Assembly: GCA_937899835.1 (NCBI GenBank)
Contig: CALCCE010000251.1
Span: forward strand, 30,623-94,622
Direction: 5' to 3'
Source of the DNA: an uncultured Flavobacteriales bacterium
Lineage (GTDB): Bacteria; Bacteroidota; Bacteroidia; Flavobacteriales_G; Salibacteraceae
DNA: 64,000 bases
Shown here: positions 26,803-35,876 of the stretch, one piece after another
Layout of the letters: the number at the start of each line of letters is the position of its first letter
Numbering within the stretch: the stretch's first letter is position 1
The notes under the pieces: generated by a model
Databases searched by the model: none
What the model was told of the DNA's origin: nothing
The model's input: the letters and a program-made list of their open reading frames with translations, nothing else
Position numbers and translations under genes: made by a program

Positions 26803-28770
26803 TTAGTTGGCTTTTTCCAGTTGAAAATCCTGGTACCGCAGGATAAACACGTTTTCGTTTTCAAAGCCGTGTTCCATTCCGGTTTTGAAGTAGTCGAATT
26901 TGATGCTGGTTGTCACTTCATCCATACTGCCTAAGTGCTCTTGAAAAGCAATGCCGTGTTCTTGTAAGGCACGCAGATAGAAATAAGTTACATCAAATCC
27001 AAGGAAGGAATACTTAGCGGGATCGGTATGAAAGCGGTTGCGGTAGCTGCGTAGGTATTGCACCACCGCAGGCGATTGGTAATCAACAAAGGAGGAAGTT
27101 ACCAAATGGACCTTTAAATCGTGTAGAAACTCCGCTTCGAGGTTATCGTAGTTCTGCCACTTTTCAAGGCCGAAAATGGTAATCTGATAGTCTTCTTTGA
27201 GTTCGTTGAGGTGAATCATGACCTCGCTCACAAAAGCGCGGTTGTTGGAAGGCAGAAGAATCACGTTTTCGGTATCCTTCTTCAGAACAGTTTCCAGCAA
27301 GTCTTGGCTCACCTTATAGATTTGTAACTCAGGAAGGGTATCAAGGGAATTGGAGTCCGTTTGAAGGTACATTTCGCGGCTGTCGCGCTTCAATGCATCT
27401 ACCCAATATTGATCCCTGAGCTTCATGCTGTTGAGCAGCACTAAATTATCGTTCCGGTATTTTTTAAACACATATTTGGTGAGGGCTTTGCTTTGCACGG
27501 GCAACGAAGGGGACACCTTGCTCACCCGTGGGTTGCCCAACAACAGGCGGTTGGATTGATGGACCGGAGATACAATGTTGATCTGACGGCTTTTGGCGAA
27601 AGCCGCCACCAATTCAAAGTTCGAGCGGTACAGGGGGCCGATGAAAAGGTTCATCTTTTCCATTTCCTCACGGTGCAACAAGTCGATGATGGTGGCCGAA
27701 TCGTTGCGGGTATCGTACACATGGAATTTTACCAGCATACCCGCTTTTTCCAGGCTATCGACCGCCATTCGTGCTCCTAAATAAAAATCGAGTGCCACTT
27801 TGGAGCGCGGGTAGATTTGCAGACGCAGAGCTTTCGTTGGGTCTTCCTCCTCCATCTGAGCCGTATCGTTCTTGTCCAAATAAAGCGGAAGCAACAGGGC
27901 CACGTTATAAATGGGTTTGAGGATCACGGTATCCGGTTGAAAGTCCGGGTCGCGTGGCGGAATCAGGGAAGCCGGTTTGGGCCTGATTTTCTTTTCTGCT
28001 GTAACCGGCATTAGCGTTCCGGTAGCAGGAATACGAACGGTCGCGCCTGCATTGAATCCTTCCGGCCAATTGTCGTTGGCTGCGTCCAAGGCCTCAATGC
28101 TTACTCCATAGCGCTGCGACAAGGAAAACCGGGTTTCACCGGCCTGTATCACATGGTCTTGCGCCTCATTAGAAACCACCGTATTTTGAACTGTCGGAGC
28201 AGGTGGCGATAGGGCTGGCGCTGGTACGGTAGGTGCGTTACCGGGAATCACAATTTTACTGCCCAGCTTCAAGCCTTCGGCCAAACCTCCATTGGCTTTT
28301 CTAATGGCCTCGACCGACACATCGTATTTCCGCGAAAGCGAAAACAGGGTTTCTTTGGGCTGCACTGCGTGCCAACGTTCTCCAGGTTGTAGCTCCCTTT
28401 CGTTTTGAGCGGGTGTTTCCGGAGCGGCTTTTTGAGTGGTGGCTTTCGGCTCTTCAAGCCGTTTGATGGTCGCCTTTTTATTCTTAACCACCGGGATGTA
28501 AATCACCTGATTGGGCTTCACCCCTTGCTTCACATCAGGATTCTGTGCTACAATGGTTTTGATGGCTACCCCATAATGTTTCGAAATGCCATAGAGGGTC
28601 TGCCCCTTCCGTACGGTGTGCACATATACCTTTTGGCCGTTAATGACTTCGGTCACTTTCGGATCATCGTATTGCGCCTGGGCGGCATTTGGAGCCACCA
28701 TCAACACCAACAGCACGATCAACGTACTGGTTACGAAGGCTTTCGCCAGATATATCAACTTACTGGTCAA
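26803..28770 (-). CDS. LysM-repeat protein with C-terminal periplasmic-binding-protein-like domain
   Basis: It has a signal peptide and three LysM units (HTVRKGQTLYGISKHYGV..., HAVQPKETLFSLSRKYDV..., HVIQAGETRFSLSQRYGV...), followed by a ~370-aa PBP type 1-like region. The start is TTG. The stop lies 2 nt before the hemF ATG. Confidence 0.75.
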   Translation of the reverse strand: MTSKLIYLAKAFVTSTLIVLLVLMVAPNAAQAQYDDPKVTEVINGQKVYVHTVRKGQTLYGISKHYGVAIKTIVAQNPDVKQGVKPNQVIYIPVVKNKKATIKRLEEPKATTQKAAPETPAQNERELQPGERWHAVQPKETLFSLSRKYDVSVEAIRKANGGLAEGLKLGSKIVIPGNAPTVPAPALSPPAPTVQNTVVSNEAQDHVIQAGETRFSLSQRYGVSIEALDAANDNWPEGFNAGATVRIPATGTLMPVTAEKKIRPKPASLIPPRDPDFQPDTVILKPIYNVALLLPLYLDKNDTAQMEEEDPTKALRLQIYPRSKVALDFYLGARMAVDSLEKAGMLVKFHVYDTRNDSATIIDLLHREEMEKMNLFIGPLYRSNFELVAAFAKSRQINIVSPVHQSNRLLLGNPRVSKVSPSLPVQSKALTKYVFKKYRNDNLVLLNSMKLRDQYWVDALKRDSREMYLQTDSNSLDTLPELQIYKVSQDLLETVLKKDTENVILLPSNNRAFVSEVMIHLNELKEDYQITIFGLEKWQNYDNLEAEFLHDLKVHLVTSSFVDYQSPAVVQYLRSYRNRFHTDPAKYSFLGFDVTYFYLRALQEHGIAFQEHLGSMDEVTTSIKFDYFKTGMEHGFENENVFILRYQDFQLEKAN

Positions 28771-28785
28771 CTATTCAAATATAGT

Positions 28786-30315
28786 TTATTCCCATTCGAT
28801 GGTGGCCGGTGGCTTGGAACTGATGTCATAAACTACCCGGTTGATTCCCTTTACTTTGTTGATGATGTCGTTGGACACCTTGGCCAAAAAATCATAGGGC
28901 AAATGGCACCAATCTGCGGTCATGCCGTCGGTAGAAGTTACCGCCCGCAGGGCTACTGCATTTTCATACGTACGTTCATCTCCCATCACGCCCACGGATT
29001 GTACCGGCAACAAAATGGCACCGGCCTGCCAAACTTCATCATACAGACCAGAGGTTTTCAAGCCGCTGATAAAGATGTGATCAACTTCTTGCAAAATCCG
29101 GACCTTTTCGGCGGTGATGTCACCTAAGATACGAATGGCCAACCCTGGACCTGGAAAAGGATGGCGGCCCAAAATATCGGGTGCCAGTCCAATGGCTTTG
29201 CCCACCCGGCGAACTTCATCTTTGAACAAAGTATTGAGGGGCTCTACGACTTTCAGTTTCATGAAATCGGGCAATCCGCCAACGTTGTGGTGGCTTTTAA
29301 TGGTAGCAGAGGGTCCTTTCACCGATTTGGACTCGATCACATCCGGATAGATGGTGCCTTGCGCCAACCACTTTGCATTTTCAATTTTCCCGGCTTCTTC
29401 GTCGAACACCTCTACGAATACCCGACCAATGATTTTGCGTTTTTTCTCGGGATCAGAAACACCGGTCAATTCACTGTAGAACCGCTCGGCAGACCTTACG
29501 CCTTTCACGTTAAGGCCCAATCCCTGGTACTGTTCCAACACCGCATCAAATTCGTTTTTACGCAGCAATCCGTTGTCGACAAAAATGCAATAGAGCTGAT
29601 GCCCAATGGCTTTGTGCAGGAGCATGGCGGCTACGGAACTGTCTACGCCACCCGAGAGGCCTAAAACTACCTTGTCATCGCCCAATTGAACTTGCAAACG
29701 TGCTACAGTATCGTCGATGAAGGAAGCCGGTGTCCAGGAGTCTGAACATCCACAAATACCATGTACAAAGTTACCGATGATTTGTTTGCCGTCGGTGCTG
29801 TGGAATACTTCAGGGTGAAACTGGAGTCCAAAAGTGGTTTCGTCGGTAGCTTGAAAACCCGCCACTTCTACATCCGAGGTACTGGCAATTACGCGGTAGT
29901 TGGCAGGAATTTTTTTAATGGTGTCGGCATGCGACATCCATACTTGTGAACCGGTATTGACCGAATTCAGGAGCGCATTGTCGCCGTCGATGAAGGCCAG
30001 GTTGGCCCGGCCATATTCGCGGGTTTCGGAGGGCATTACTTCACCACCGTAAAAATGTGTGAGGTATTGGGCACCATAACAAATGCCCAGCAACGGTAGT
30101 TGGCCCTTAATATGGGTCAAATCTGGTTGTAGAGGCGCTTCCTGACGCACAGAAAAAGGGCTCCCGGATAGGATAACTCCCTTAACTTCAGGACCGGGAG
30201 TTGGAAAATCGTTGTAGGGATGGATTTCGCAATAGACATTGAGCTCTCGTACTCGTCTGGCAATCAACTGGGTGTATTGCGAACCGAAATCAAGAATGAG
30301 TATGGTTTCCTGCAT
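28786..30315 (-). CDS. guaA: GMP synthase (glutamine-hydrolysing)
   Basis: [31 protein letters not shown] marks the GATase domain. SGGVDSSV is the ATP-PPase motif. The C terminus ends [12 protein letters not shown] 30315 was preferred over ORF start 30375. Confidence 0.95.
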   Translation of the reverse strand: MQETILILDFGSQYTQLIARRVRELNVYCEIHPYNDFPTPGPEVKGVILSGSPFSVRQEAPLQPDLTHIKGQLPLLGICYGAQYLTHFYGGEVMPSETREYGRANLAFIDGDNALLNSVNTGSQVWMSHADTIKKIPANYRVIASTSDVEVAGFQATDETTFGLQFHPEVFHSTDGKQIIGNFVHGICGCSDSWTPASFIDDTVARLQVQLGDDKVVLGLSGGVDSSVAAMLLHKAIGHQLYCIFVDNGLLRKNEFDAVLEQYQGLGLNVKGVRSAERFYSELTGVSDPEKKRKIIGRVFVEVFDEEAGKIENAKWLAQGTIYPDVIESKSVKGPSATIKSHHNVGGLPDFMKLKVVEPLNTLFKDEVRRVGKAIGLAPDILGRHPFPGPGLAIRILGDITAEKVRILQEVDHIFISGLKTSGLYDEVWQAGAILLPVQSVGVMGDERTYENAVALRAVTSTDGMTADWCHLPYDFLAKVSNDIINKVKGINRVVYDISSKPPATIEWE

Positions 30316-30435
30316 GCGCAAAAATAGAAGGATTGTAGCGGTTGAAAAGCCCTTTGTGGGGTTACTTTTCAACAAAAAAGTGCACGATAAAAATGAGAGT
30401 TAGAAAGCTAGAAAAACTGCTTTTTTTCTTCAGAA

Positions 30436-32085
30436 TCAGAGCTTTTCGACCAAAACGGTCATCCGCGTATCAAAGGGCTGAAAGTGGAGAACCAACGCTT
30501 CAATGAAACGATCACCCCATTGGAGGTAGTGTGGCAAGAAGTTGTCATAGCGCTCCTGGAGTTTTCCTTCCGGGAAAAACCGTTGGTGTAAACTCTGCAA
30601 TTGTCGGATTGTGGTTTCCTGATTGCGCTTTTCGGCTTTTACCAGCTTGTTTTCCAACTGTGCCAAGCCGTTGATCGAACGTTGTAACTCGCCTTCAACT
30701 GCTTTCACCAGCGTAGGGTCTACTTTGCTTACACGGTCAGATAAAGTGGTAAAAAGGTGCTTCAGCGCCTCTTGTTCGGGCTTGGTGGATAGCAATCCAT
30801 CGCTCTCGCCCTTCACATAGCCGGACAGCAACTGGTCGACCGGTTGAAAAAAGTCGTGGACTTCTACACCGATCTTTTGCATCTTTTTGGCCACAAACCC
30901 TGGAACCAATGCCCCAGAGTTGCGCACGATTACCACCGGGTAAGGAATGTTAAAGTGATCAAAGGTGGACTTCAGTTCCAACCAGTAGGCCACCTCGGAT
31001 CCTCCTCCGATGTAGGCGAGGTTGGGTAAAATGGCTTCTTGATACAGGGGCCGCAACACCACATTCGGACTAAATCGCTCCGGGTGCTGCTCGAGTTCCT
31101 GAAGGATTTCCTGACGGGTAAATTGGATGTCAGTGCCAGCCAGTTGAAATTTTTCGCGGTTTTCTACGGGGTCAATGCGCAACCGCTGCCCTTCATGGTG
31201 ATAGAACAGGTTAACCGCTCTGGGATGCACCGGAACTTTATAATCTTGCTCTAAAGCTTCTGCCGTTTTTCCCACCAGAGTTTCGGCATCACCAACCGCA
31301 AGATCGTTGCGCATTACCTCAAGGAAGTTGGCTTTCAATCGACGGTCATTCGGATCAATGACCAACAAACCATAGCGGCCAAAGAGATGATCTACCAACT
31401 TGGCGGTGGCCTGTGCCAAGTTTTTAGTTTCCAGGTAACAGTTGCGCAGCACGTCAATTACTTCCTCCGCCTGCGGCCGATCCCCCATCCAATCAGCCAA
31501 TTCCTGTAGGACCGAATCCAAGCCTTCCGGGCTCATTTCACCCACAAAATTTCCGGCCTCTCGCTCCCAGGTCAACGTTTTACCGGGCAAATGCAAGTGG
31601 TTGATTTCTGCAAAATCGTGGTCTTCGGTCGCCATCCAGTACACAGGAACAAAATGGTGACCAGGGTAAAAGTTAGACAGCTCTTTAGCAACTACCACTG
31701 CCGAAACCAGTTTGTAGATGAAATAGAGCGGTCCGGTAAAAAGACACAATTGGTGCCCGGTAGTAATGGTGAAAGTGTTGTGGCGAATCAGCAAGTCGAG
31801 GTTAGTGGCCACGGCAGGTTTGATCGGACCAAGTGCTTCGTATTGCGTTTTGAGCACTTCCATCAACCCCTTGCGATCAATTGAGTGCTGTTGTTTGCGC
31901 TCAATGGCCTGTTTGAAGTTTACTGGCTTGGGTACATGCTGGTACTTCCCTTCCAGCTTGCGGTCCACCTCCAAATAATCGTTGGTGAGCTTGGGCAAAT
32001 GCTGGGTAGTAGTGCGGGCTAAATAATGGGACTGAAACAGGGTTTCGGTGGCGGTTTCCTGTGGAGTGTCAGTTGAAATGGTCAT
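30436..32085 (-). CDS. bshC: bacillithiol biosynthesis cysteine-adding enzyme BshC
   Basis: Blocks match the B. subtilis BshC sequence as I recall it: TGHQLCLFTGPLYFIYKLVSAVVVAKEL, PVYWMATEDHDFAEINHLHL and EQHPERFSPNVVLRPLYQEAILPNLAYIGGGSEVAYWLELK. Confidence 0.85.
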   Translation of the reverse strand: MTISTDTPQETATETLFQSHYLARTTTQHLPKLTNDYLEVDRKLEGKYQHVPKPVNFKQAIERKQQHSIDRKGLMEVLKTQYEALGPIKPAVATNLDLLIRHNTFTITTGHQLCLFTGPLYFIYKLVSAVVVAKELSNFYPGHHFVPVYWMATEDHDFAEINHLHLPGKTLTWEREAGNFVGEMSPEGLDSVLQELADWMGDRPQAEEVIDVLRNCYLETKNLAQATAKLVDHLFGRYGLLVIDPNDRRLKANFLEVMRNDLAVGDAETLVGKTAEALEQDYKVPVHPRAVNLFYHHEGQRLRIDPVENREKFQLAGTDIQFTRQEILQELEQHPERFSPNVVLRPLYQEAILPNLAYIGGGSEVAYWLELKSTFDHFNIPYPVVIVRNSGALVPGFVAKKMQKIGVEVHDFFQPVDQLLSGYVKGESDGLLSTKPEQEALKHLFTTLSDRVSKVDPTLVKAVEGELQRSINGLAQLENKLVKAEKRNQETTIRQLQSLHQRFFPEGKLQERYDNFLPHYLQWGDRFIEALVLHFQPFDTRMTVLVEKL

Positions 32086-33392
32086 GCTACTGGAGTTCCA
32101 AACAAATCGTAGTGCTCTGCGGAAGTTATTTTAACCGGAATAAAATCGCCAATCCTGGCGTAGGTGCCTGAAGGCAACAAGACTTCGTTGTCTACTTCCG
32201 GCGAATCAAATTCAGTTCTGCCTACAAAACGATCACCGTCTACCTTATCAACCAATACCTGAAGGGTTTCACCTACTTTTCGTTGATTCTGGTCCCAGGA
32301 AATTCCGCTTTGAATTTCCATAACTGCTTCCGCACGTTCCTGCTTCACGAATTCCGGCACATCGTCTTCCATGGCAAAGGCACTGGTATTTTCTTCGTGG
32401 GAATAGGGAAAAATCCCCAAACGGTCGAAACGATAGCTTTCTACCCAGCGCAACATGGCTTCATGGTCAGCCTCGGTTTCACCAGGGAATCCGGAAATTA
32501 AAGTAGTACGAAGCGCGATATCTGGTATTTTTTGCCGGATGGCATCTACCAGGTCATTGGTCTTTTTGGCGGTGATGCCTCTGCGCATGGCCTTCAGCAT
32601 TGAATCAGAAATGTGCTGCAAAGGCATGTCCAGGTAATTGCACACCTTGGGTTGCCGTTTCATCACGTCCAATACATCCATCGGAAAACCGCTTGGGTAG
32701 GCATAGTGCAAGCGGATCCAATCGATTCCCTCTACATCACAAAGACGGTCCAGCAACTCTGCCAGGTTCCGTTTTCTGTAAAGGTCGAGGCCATAAAAAG
32801 TAAGATCTTGTGCAATCAAGATCAATTCTCGGGTGCCTTTGGCCGCAAGGGATTTTGCATTTTCCACCAATTGTTCGATCGGTGTAGAAACGTGTTTCCC
32901 CCGCATGAGCGGAATGGCACAAAAGGCGCAAGGCCGGTTACAGCCTTCAGAAATTTTGAAATAAGCGTAGTGGGCTGGTGTGGTCAGCAACCGTTCACCC
33001 ACCAATTCTTTTTTGTAATCTGCCTTGAGGGTTTTGAGCAATCGCGGAAGCTCACGGGTTCCGAAATAGGCGTCTACTTCGGGAATTTCTTTTTGCAATT
33101 CGGGCTTGTAACGCTCCGAAAGGCAACCGGTTACCATCAATCGGTCCACCCGGCCATCCTTCTTAGCCTCAGCGAATTGAAGAATGGTATCAATCGATTC
33201 CTGCTTGGCATTTTCAATAAAGCCACAGGTGTTAATGATCACAATACTGGCATCTTCCTGCTCCGATTCATGGTCTACCTCATAGCCGTTGCCTTTCAGC
33301 TGGGCCATCATCACTTCGGAGTCGAACAAGTTTTTAGCGCACCCGAGGGTCACCACATTAACCTTGTTCTTTTTTAGCGTTTTGGTACGCAT
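32082..33392 (-). CDS. rimO: ribosomal protein S12 methylthiotransferase
   Basis: It has an N-terminal MTTase domain (VNVVTLGCAKNLFDSE), a radical-SAM CxxxCxxC (CNRPCAFCAIP) and a C-terminal TRAM domain. The stop overlaps the bshC ATG (ATGA). Confidence 0.9.
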   Translation of the reverse strand: MRTKTLKKNKVNVVTLGCAKNLFDSEVMMAQLKGNGYEVDHESEQEDASIVIINTCGFIENAKQESIDTILQFAEAKKDGRVDRLMVTGCLSERYKPELQKEIPEVDAYFGTRELPRLLKTLKADYKKELVGERLLTTPAHYAYFKISEGCNRPCAFCAIPLMRGKHVSTPIEQLVENAKSLAAKGTRELILIAQDLTFYGLDLYRKRNLAELLDRLCDVEGIDWIRLHYAYPSGFPMDVLDVMKRQPKVCNYLDMPLQHISDSMLKAMRRGITAKKTNDLVDAIRQKIPDIALRTTLISGFPGETEADHEAMLRWVESYRFDRLGIFPYSHEENTSAFAMEDDVPEFVKQERAEAVMEIQSGISWDQNQRKVGETLQVLVDKVDGDRFVGRTEFDSPEVDNEVLLPSGTYARIGDFIPVKITSAEHYDLFGTPVA

Positions 33393-33410
33393 GCAGGGGC
33401 TTTCAGTTTT

Positions 33411-34364
33411 TTATTTAGCGAACAGAGAATCGACGAATTCGTGCTTGTCGAAAACCTGCAGGTCTTCAATTTGCTCGCCCACCCCGATGTATTTTACAGG
33501 AATTCGAAACTGATCGCTAATGCCGATCACTACACCTCCCTTAGCGGTACCGTCTAACTTGGTCAGCGCCAAAGAAGAAACTTCAGTCGCTTTGGTGAAT
33601 TGTTTGGCCTGCTCAATGGCATTTTGCCCGGTGGAGGCATCCAAAACCAATAAAACTTCATGCGGAGCATCGGGAATCACCTTGGTCATCACGTTTTTGA
33701 TCTTAGTGAGCTCGTTCATGAGGTTGATCTTGTTGTGCAACCTTCCGGCAGTATCCACCAACACGATGTCTGCGTTTTGCGCAACGGCTGATTTCAAGGT
33801 ATCGAAGGCTACCGAAGCAGGATCAGCCCCCATACCTTGGGTAACAATAGGTACGTCTACCCTTTCGGCCCAAATTTTTAGCTGATCTACCGCAGCCGCA
33901 CGAAAGGTATCGGCTGCACCGAGAATAACGTTTTTCCCTTGCTTTTTGAATTGATGCGCCAGTTTGCCAATGGTGGTGGTTTTACCTACACCATTCACGC
34001 CAACTACCATTACTACGTAAGGGCTGTCTTTCTTGGGCATTTCAAAATTGGTGGCGTCTCCACTGTTGTTTTCTTCCAGCAGGGACGAGATTTCTTCTCT
34101 TAGAATTCGGTTGAGTTCGCTCGTACCGAGGTACTTATCGCGGCTAACGCGTCCTTCGATGCGTTCAATGATTTTGAGGGTTGTATCTACGCCTACATCA
34201 GAAGTAACGAGCACTTCTTCCAGGTTGTCCAATACCTCATCGTCTACCCTCGATTTGCCCACCACCGCGCGGGTCAGTTTGGAGAATACGCTTTCCTTGG
34301 TTTTGGAAAGGCCTGCATCCAGACTTTGCTTTTTTTCTTTGGAAAAGAGGCCGAAGAGCGCCAT
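33411..34364 (-). CDS. ftsY: signal recognition particle receptor
   Basis: It has SRP54-type GTPase motifs (VVGVNGVGKTTTIGKLA, DTAGRL, TKLDGTAKGG). Confidence 0.95.
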   Translation of the reverse strand: MALFGLFSKEKKQSLDAGLSKTKESVFSKLTRAVVGKSRVDDEVLDNLEEVLVTSDVGVDTTLKIIERIEGRVSRDKYLGTSELNRILREEISSLLEENNSGDATNFEMPKKDSPYVVMVVGVNGVGKTTTIGKLAHQFKKQGKNVILGAADTFRAAAVDQLKIWAERVDVPIVTQGMGADPASVAFDTLKSAVAQNADIVLVDTAGRLHNKINLMNELTKIKNVMTKVIPDAPHEVLLVLDASTGQNAIEQAKQFTKATEVSSLALTKLDGTAKGGVVIGISDQFRIPVKYIGVGEQIEDLQVFDKHEFVDSLFAK

Positions 34365-34438
34365 GCGAATGGGAATGAAGGTTAAAAATCGAAATTACGG
34401 AATCTGAGACGGTTAACTTGATCTTGGAGGGCCTAAAA

Positions 34439-34471
34439 GCAAAAAAGCTCTCTTCCTGATGGAAGAAAGCT
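34439..34471 (-). terminator. intrinsic terminator after the DUF4295 gene
   Basis: On the minus strand, AGCTTTCTTCC-ATCA-GGAAGAGAGCT forms 11 bp. One pair is G-U only on the minus strand and would be a C/A mismatch on the plus strand. It is followed by TTTTT. Confidence 0.65.
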
Positions 34472-34495
34472 ATTCATACGTTTGGCAAAGAAAAA

Positions 34496-34651
34496 TTAGT
34501 TTTTCGCCAAGTAATCTTTCACCGCGTCTTTCGGCACTACTTCTTCAGAAAAGGAGTAAGATCCAGACTTGGGCGATTTTACCATTTTGATCACTTTGGT
34601 GAAGTCTTTGGCTCCACCCTTACCAAGGGTTGCAACGGTTTTCTTTGCCAT
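34496..34651 (-). CDS. DUF4295-family small protein (51 aa)
   Basis: Hand translation gives MAKKTVATLGKGGAKDFTKVIKMVKSPKSGSYSFSEEVVPKDAVKDYLAKN with no internal stop. This is the conserved small protein found downstream of rpmG in Bacteroidota. It falls below the ORF-track size cutoff. Confidence 0.75.
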   Translation of the reverse strand: MAKKTVATLGKGGAKDFTKVIKMVKSPKSGSYSFSEEVVPKDAVKDYLAKN

Positions 34652-34706
34652 GATGGTCGGTATTAGGACTGTAGGAATTCCGAAACGGAATGGCCAAACA
34701 GTGTCA

Positions 34707-34889
34707 TTACTTAATCTCTTTGTGTACGGTCATTTTCTTAAGAATGGGGTTGTATTTCTTCAACTCCATTCGGTCCGGGGTGTTCTTCCGGTTTTTGGTA
34801 GTGATGTACCGCGAAGTTCCAGGCATTCCGCTGGTTTTGTGCTCAGTGCACTCTAGAATGACCTGTACCCGGTTTCCTTTCTTAGCCAT
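34707..34889 (-). CDS. rpmG: 50S ribosomal protein L33
   Basis: The product is [60 protein letters not shown] (60 aa). ATG 34889 lies within the longer ORF. Confidence 0.95.
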   Translation of the reverse strand: MAKKGNRVQVILECTEHKTSGMPGTSRYITTKNRKNTPDRMELKKYNPILKKMTVHKEIK

Positions 34890-34914
34890 GATTCGTATCC
34901 GTTTGAATATTTCG

Positions 34915-34927
34915 GGCTGCAAATATA
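34915..34927 (-). promoter_or_regulatory. candidate rpmG promoter (-7 box TATATTTG within TATATTTGCAGCC)
   Basis: An exact TAnnTTTG sits ~30 nt upstream of the ATG. The same 13-mer precedes rpmB at 37831-37843. Confidence 0.45.
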
Positions 34928-35128
34928 GCGATAATCGCATAAAGATTACAAGTGGATTTTTCTTATTTTAAAGCCTCCCCCCATCGTAGAAGTGCAAGGC
35001 CGTAAAATACCCTTCGCAGGGTATTTTGCAACTACACGCCATTTAGGACTTTTGGTCAGCTTGGAAGCCTCTTAAACCTTGCCCACTACATGGTTTTGTT
35101 TTTATACAAAACCAGATTATTAATTCTC

Positions 35129-35144
35129 ACCCAGCAAGCTGGGT
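35129..35144. promoter_or_regulatory. perfect 7-2-7 inverted repeat ACCCAGC-AA-GCTGGGT upstream of the response regulator gene
   Basis: This is a perfect palindrome ~100 nt upstream of ATG 35241. It may be an operator, but that is a hypothesis only. Confidence 0.3.
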
Positions 35145-35203
35145 AAGTAGTAATTCCTGTCCTAAAATATGCAGGGCATTAGCACAAAAGAACCTCAGGC
35201 GAT

Positions 35204-35217
35204 TTCGCTGTAGCGAA
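35204..35217. promoter_or_regulatory. perfect 6-2-6 inverted repeat TTCGCT-GT-AGCGAA upstream of the response regulator gene
   Basis: This is a perfect palindrome 24 nt upstream of ATG 35241. Confidence 0.3.
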
Positions 35218-35240
35218 CAAGGTCTGGTTGATTGTCATCC

Positions 35241-35870
35241 ATGGGGGAATATCGCATCGTTATTGTAGATGATCACAAGGTGTTTTTAGACAGCTTAGCA
35301 TTGGCTGTAGGGCAATGCAGTGATCACAAGATCGTGGGCACCGCTCTCAACGGCACCGATGCGCTGGATTTGATCAACAAAAAGGTGGATATGGTCATTT
35401 GTGACCTCAACATGCCCGGCAATTATAAATTGGAGTTTATTCGAGCGCTCAAAACCAACCACACGCATGTGAAGGTACTGGTGCTCACCATGTATGATGA
35501 ACGCCGGATCATTCGCCAATTGAGTCGCCTTAAGGTAGATGGCTACGTGCCTAAGGGAGCAGGATTGGAAGAATTACTCACCGGTATTGAAATGATCCGA
35601 CAAGGCAGGCGCTATTTCCGGCAATCCCCCGAAAGCCGACCTAAGGCCAAAAAGGTCGAGGATGATTTTGCCAAGCAGTTCAAGTTAACCAAGCGCGAAC
35701 TGGAAGTGCTGACCTTGATCGCCCGCGATTGCAGCAGCAAAGAAATTTCACAACAATTGAAGGTGAGCGTTGCCACCATTGCTACGCATCGAAAAAACGT
35801 GATGCGGAAACTAAACCTGCACAGTGCGTCTGCACTGACCAAGTTTGCCCTCGAAAATGGTTTGGTGTAA
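35241..35870 (+). CDS. NarL/FixJ (LuxR-type HTH) family response regulator
   Basis: It has a receiver domain (YRIVIVDDHKVF...VDMVICDLNMPG...VLVLTMYD) and a LuxR HTH (LTKRELEVLTLIARDCSSKEISQQLKVSVATIATHRKNVMRKL). There is no histidine kinase gene in the window. Confidence 0.85.
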   Translation: MGEYRIVIVDDHKVFLDSLALAVGQCSDHKIVGTALNGTDALDLINKKVDMVICDLNMPGNYKLEFIRALKTNHTHVKVLVLTMYDERRIIRQLSRLKVDGYVPKGAGLEELLTGIEMIRQGRRYFRQSPESRPKAKKVEDDFAKQFKLTKRELEVLTLIARDCSSKEISQQLKVSVATIATHRKNVMRKLNLHSASALTKFALENGLV

Positions 35871-35876
35871 TCCCGG

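Noticed and set aside
8551-33377. Long antisense ORFs inside housekeeping genes, for example 8551..9324(-) in trxB, 28405..29127(+) across the LysM/guaA genes, 32613..33377(+) in rimO and 5525..6166(-) in DUF4249 copy 1
   Set aside because: Each is fully covered by a gene with strong family signatures on the other strand. The translations have no recognisable motifs.
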